This document shows positions 16,410-18,898 of a stretch of DNA of 18,898 nucleotides, in pieces. Below the pieces are notes generated by a model, which ran no database searches, was not told where the DNA came from, and saw nothing but the letters and a program-made list of their open reading frames with translations. Positions within the stretch are counted from its first letter, which is position 1; every line of letters starts with the position of its first letter. Position numbers and translations under genes: made by a program. The stretch comes from an uncultured bacterium (GTDB lineage Bacteria > Gemmatimonadota > Gemmatimonadetes > Gemmatimonadales > Gemmatimonadaceae): positions 1 through 18,898 of the forward strand of contig CAXBQP010000053.1 of the NCBI GenBank assembly GCA_963978095.1, given 5' to 3'.

Positions 16410-17599
16410 CGCGGGTTCCGACCTCCCGTCCCCGCCCCCGGCCGGTCGCCCGCCCCGCCCGCCGCACCGGGTCCCTTCCCGTTGTTCCCGGGCGTCTTGA
16501 TGTCGACGGTCGCCCCGACGGTCAGGCGCGACTGGCCGTCGACCACCACCCGCTCACCGGCGCTGAGCCCGGAGGCAATCACCGATTTGTCCCCCACGGT
16601 GCGCGCGACCTTCACGGGACGCAACTGCGCCTTGCCCGCGTCGTCCAGCACCCACACGAAGAGCCCCTCCTGCCCGGTCTGGACCGCGACGGAGGGAACC
16701 AGCACCGCCCCCGTCTGCACGTACACGTCGAGCGTCACCGGCATGAACTGCCCGGGCCACAGGCGGTTGTCGTCGTTTGGAAAGCGGGCTTTGAGCGTGA
16801 CCGTCCCGGTCGTGGTATCGACGCCGTTGTCGACGAAGCTCAGCGCGCCGACCGCGGGCGCGCCGTCATGCGCGGGCCGCGCGGTTGCCCGCAGCGTGCC
16901 GCCGGATCTCGAGTACTGCTGGACCGTCTGCAGTTCCTTCTCGGGCACGGCGAATCGCACGAGAATCGGATGGATCTGATTGATCTGGACCAAGGGCACG
17001 GTCGCATTCGGCCGGACGAGATTCCCTTGGCGCACGAGCAACGCCCCGGTCTTGCCGGCGACGGGCGCACGAATCGTCGCGTTGTCGAGATTGAACTGCG
17101 CGGTCGCGACGGTCGCCTTGTCGGCGTCCACCACGGCCTTGAGCGCCGTGGCATTTGCCATCGCCTGATCGGCCTGCGAGCGGGTCACGAAATCGCGCTG
17201 GGCGAGCGCCGCGTACCGGTCCGCGTCGCGCTGGGCGTTGGCAAACTGCGCCTGGTCGCGCGCGAGCACGGCCTGGGCCTGCTGCAGCGCCGCACGGTAG
17301 GGCACCGGATCGATCTCGAACAACACCTGTTGCGCCTGCACTTCGTCCCCTTCCTTGAACTTCACGGCGGTCAACACGCCGCCGACCTGCGACTGCACCG
17401 CCACCGACTGGAGCGGCTCGACGATGCCGTTGGCGGTCACCTGATACGGCGCATCACCGGTCTCGACCACGGCGATCGTGACGGGCACGGTCGCCTTGCC
17501 GGGCGCCGCGGCCTTGGCGCATCCGGCCACCAGCAACAACGTGAGCGCGGGGCGCCGAAGGAGACCAGCAGAGACGGCACGCATGGAAATCGAGTTCAT
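16406..17599 (-). CDS. RND efflux periplasmic adaptor (MFP, MdtA-like), probable lipoprotein
   Basis: Lipoyl/barrel motifs VQSQVGGVLTAVKFKEGDEV, IRAPVAGKTG, DNGVDTTTGTV and LWPGQF, plus an alpha-hairpin. Start placed at ATG 17599 (ATGA overlap with the OMF stop). Lipobox-like LVAGC. Its stop overlaps the permease ATG. Confidence 0.93.
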   Translation of the reverse strand: MNSISMRAVSAGLLRRPALTLLLVAGCAKAAAPGKATVPVTIAVVETGDAPYQVTANGIVEPLQSVAVQSQVGGVLTAVKFKEGDEVQAQQVLFEIDPVPYRAALQQAQAVLARDQAQFANAQRDADRYAALAQRDFVTRSQADQAMANATALKAVVDADKATVATAQFNLDNATIRAPVAGKTGALLVRQGNLVRPNATVPLVQINQIHPILVRFAVPEKELQTVQQYSRSGGTLRATARPAHDGAPAVGALSFVDNGVDTTTGTVTLKARFPNDDNRLWPGQFMPVTLDVYVQTGAVLVPSVAVQTGQEGLFVWVLDDAGKAQLRPVKVARTVGDKSVIASGLSAGERVVVDGQSRLTVGATVDIKTPGNNGKGPGAAGGAGDRPGAGTGGRNPR

Positions 17600-18897
17600 T
17601 CGGGACTCCCCGGCGCACCGGGGCTGAGTTGGAGAGGTGTCGCGCCGGCGGGGCCCAGTACGCCGGCATCGCGCGACAGTTGCGCCAACGCCGAGAACCA
17701 GGTCCACCGGCTCTGCACCGCCTGTGCGCGGGCATCCGCGAGCGCATTCTGGGCCGACAACAGATCGAGGATGCTGCCGACCCCTTCGGCGTAGCGGCCG
17801 CGCGCGACCTCCTCGGATTGCGTCGCGCTCGCCAGCAGATTCGCGGCGGTGGTCACCCGCTGCGCCGCGGTACGCAACGCCCAGTACGAGGTGAAGACCT
17901 GCGCGACGGCTTGCAACCGCGCCTGGTCCGCCCGCGCAACGGCCGCGGCGAAGTTCTCCTGCGCGGCGACCAGATCCATCTCGCGACCGAACCCGTTGAA
18001 CAATGGCACCGACACGCCGACGGTGATGGCGAAGGTCCGCCCATCGAGCGCACTCACGTTCGACACGGCGCGCCCGCTGTTCGCCCCAAGGGTCACGGAC
18101 GGCAGGCTCGCCGACCGGGCCACCCGAATCTGCTGCTCACTCTGCCGCGCCAGTGCTCGCGCGGCGGCCACATCGGGGCGGTCGCGCACCGCGCGCTCGA
18201 TCAGCGAGTCCACGTTCTCCGCGATCGCCACCGCGCCGAGCGCCGCGGTGTCGGGCGCCACGTCGAACGCGGCATTCGCCGGCAGCCCGAGCGCCAGCGC
18301 CAACTGCGCGCGTGTCCCCTGCACGTTGCCCTCCGCGGTCTGCCCCACCAGCTGGGACTGTGCCAGCGCGGTCCGCGCCTGCAGCACATCCGCGATCGTC
18401 GCCAAACCGACGTCATGCCGCCGCTCCGCCGCCGCGAGATTCGTCTCGGCGGTCTTCACCGTGGCTCGCGCCGCGTCGAGCAGCCCGCGACTCGACTGGT
18501 ACGCGAAGTACGCGCCCTCGGCGGCCAAGACGACATTCTGCACCGCAGCATTGTGATTGAGTCCGGCGGCGAACAGCGCCTCATGCGCCGCACCGATCGT
18601 TCCGCCGCGCGCCCCGAAATCCCAGAGCAGGTACTGCAACGACAGCGTCGCCGTCGTGAGCGTGCGATTCGAGATCGCCGAGACCACCTGCGACGGCCCG
18701 CCCGCGATGTCGAAACTCGCCGCAGGCACCATGCGCCCGCGCGAGGCCGCGTACGACGCCGAGGCCGCCCGCGCCTGCGCCCACGAGGCCCGCGTCTGGG
18801 GACTGTTGGACAGCGCCAGCTCGACCACGTCGCCGAGCAGCAACGCCTGGAGGCGCGCCGGACCGAGGGGCGCCGGTGACGCGCCCCGCGGTGCGCC
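17596..18897 (-). CDS. TolC-family outer membrane efflux protein (partial; 5' end lies beyond the window)
   Basis: Two OEP repeats: VVELALSNSP, LQYLLWDFG, RHDVGLATIADVLQA, RPDVAAAR, VSVPLFNG, RYAEGVGSILDLLSAQ. The frame stays open to the window edge (GAPRGASPAPLGPARLQAL). Confidence 0.92.
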   Translation of the reverse strand, partial: GAPRGASPAPLGPARLQALLLGDVVELALSNSPQTRASWAQARAASASYAASRGRMVPAASFDIAGGPSQVVSAISNRTLTTATLSLQYLLWDFGARGGTIGAAHEALFAAGLNHNAAVQNVVLAAEGAYFAYQSSRGLLDAARATVKTAETNLAAAERRHDVGLATIADVLQARTALAQSQLVGQTAEGNVQGTRAQLALALGLPANAAFDVAPDTAALGAVAIAENVDSLIERAVRDRPDVAAARALARQSEQQIRVARSASLPSVTLGANSGRAVSNVSALDGRTFAITVGVSVPLFNGFGREMDLVAAQENFAAAVARADQARLQAVAQVFTSYWALRTAAQRVTTAANLLASATQSEEVARGRYAEGVGSILDLLSAQNALADARAQAVQSRWTWFSALAQLSRDAGVLGPAGATPLQLSPGAPGSPE

Positions 18898-18898
18898 C

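Noticed and set aside
17600..17707. Longer start for the membrane fusion protein
   Set aside because: It overlaps the OMF C-terminus. ATG 17599 gives an ATGA coupling and a lipoprotein-like signal.
864..18879. Long alternative-frame and antisense ORFs (e.g. 864..2264 -, 3653..5431 -, 8367..10886 -, 10495..11916 -, 13284..15317 +, 15417..16979 +, 17629..18879 +)
   Set aside because: They overlap well-supported genes, carry no recognisable motifs, and are the shadow ORFs expected from high GC3 codon bias.

Overview
High-GC bacterial window. The gene content and the Big_2-type motif suggest Gemmatimonadota, which is an inference. Four blocks, left to right: (1) the lower-GC 3' end of an Ig-like (Big_2) surface protein, followed by an intrinsic terminator; (2) a translationally coupled + strand trio of a secreted BNR/VPS10-like beta-propeller protein, an amidase-signature amidase and a Tat-exported GH29 alpha-L-fucosidase; (3) a + strand cytoplasmic signalling operon with its own AT-rich promoter region, encoding two tandem isochorismatase-fold proteins, a PAS-PAS-HisKA-HATPase-REC-HPt hybrid kinase with no membrane anchor, and a REC-EAL c-di-GMP phosphodiesterase; (4) a convergent - strand operon of a TolC-type outer membrane factor (partial), a membrane fusion protein, an MdtB/C-like RND permease and a class V PLP enzyme with a Tat-like signal. 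Block 3 is the best candidate for an undescribed system: both isochorismatase-fold proteins have Gly in place of the catalytic Asp but keep three aligned cysteines, so they may act as ligand or thiol sensors feeding a His-Asp-His-Asp relay that degrades c-di-GMP. No rRNA, tRNA, CRISPR array or mobile element was recognised.
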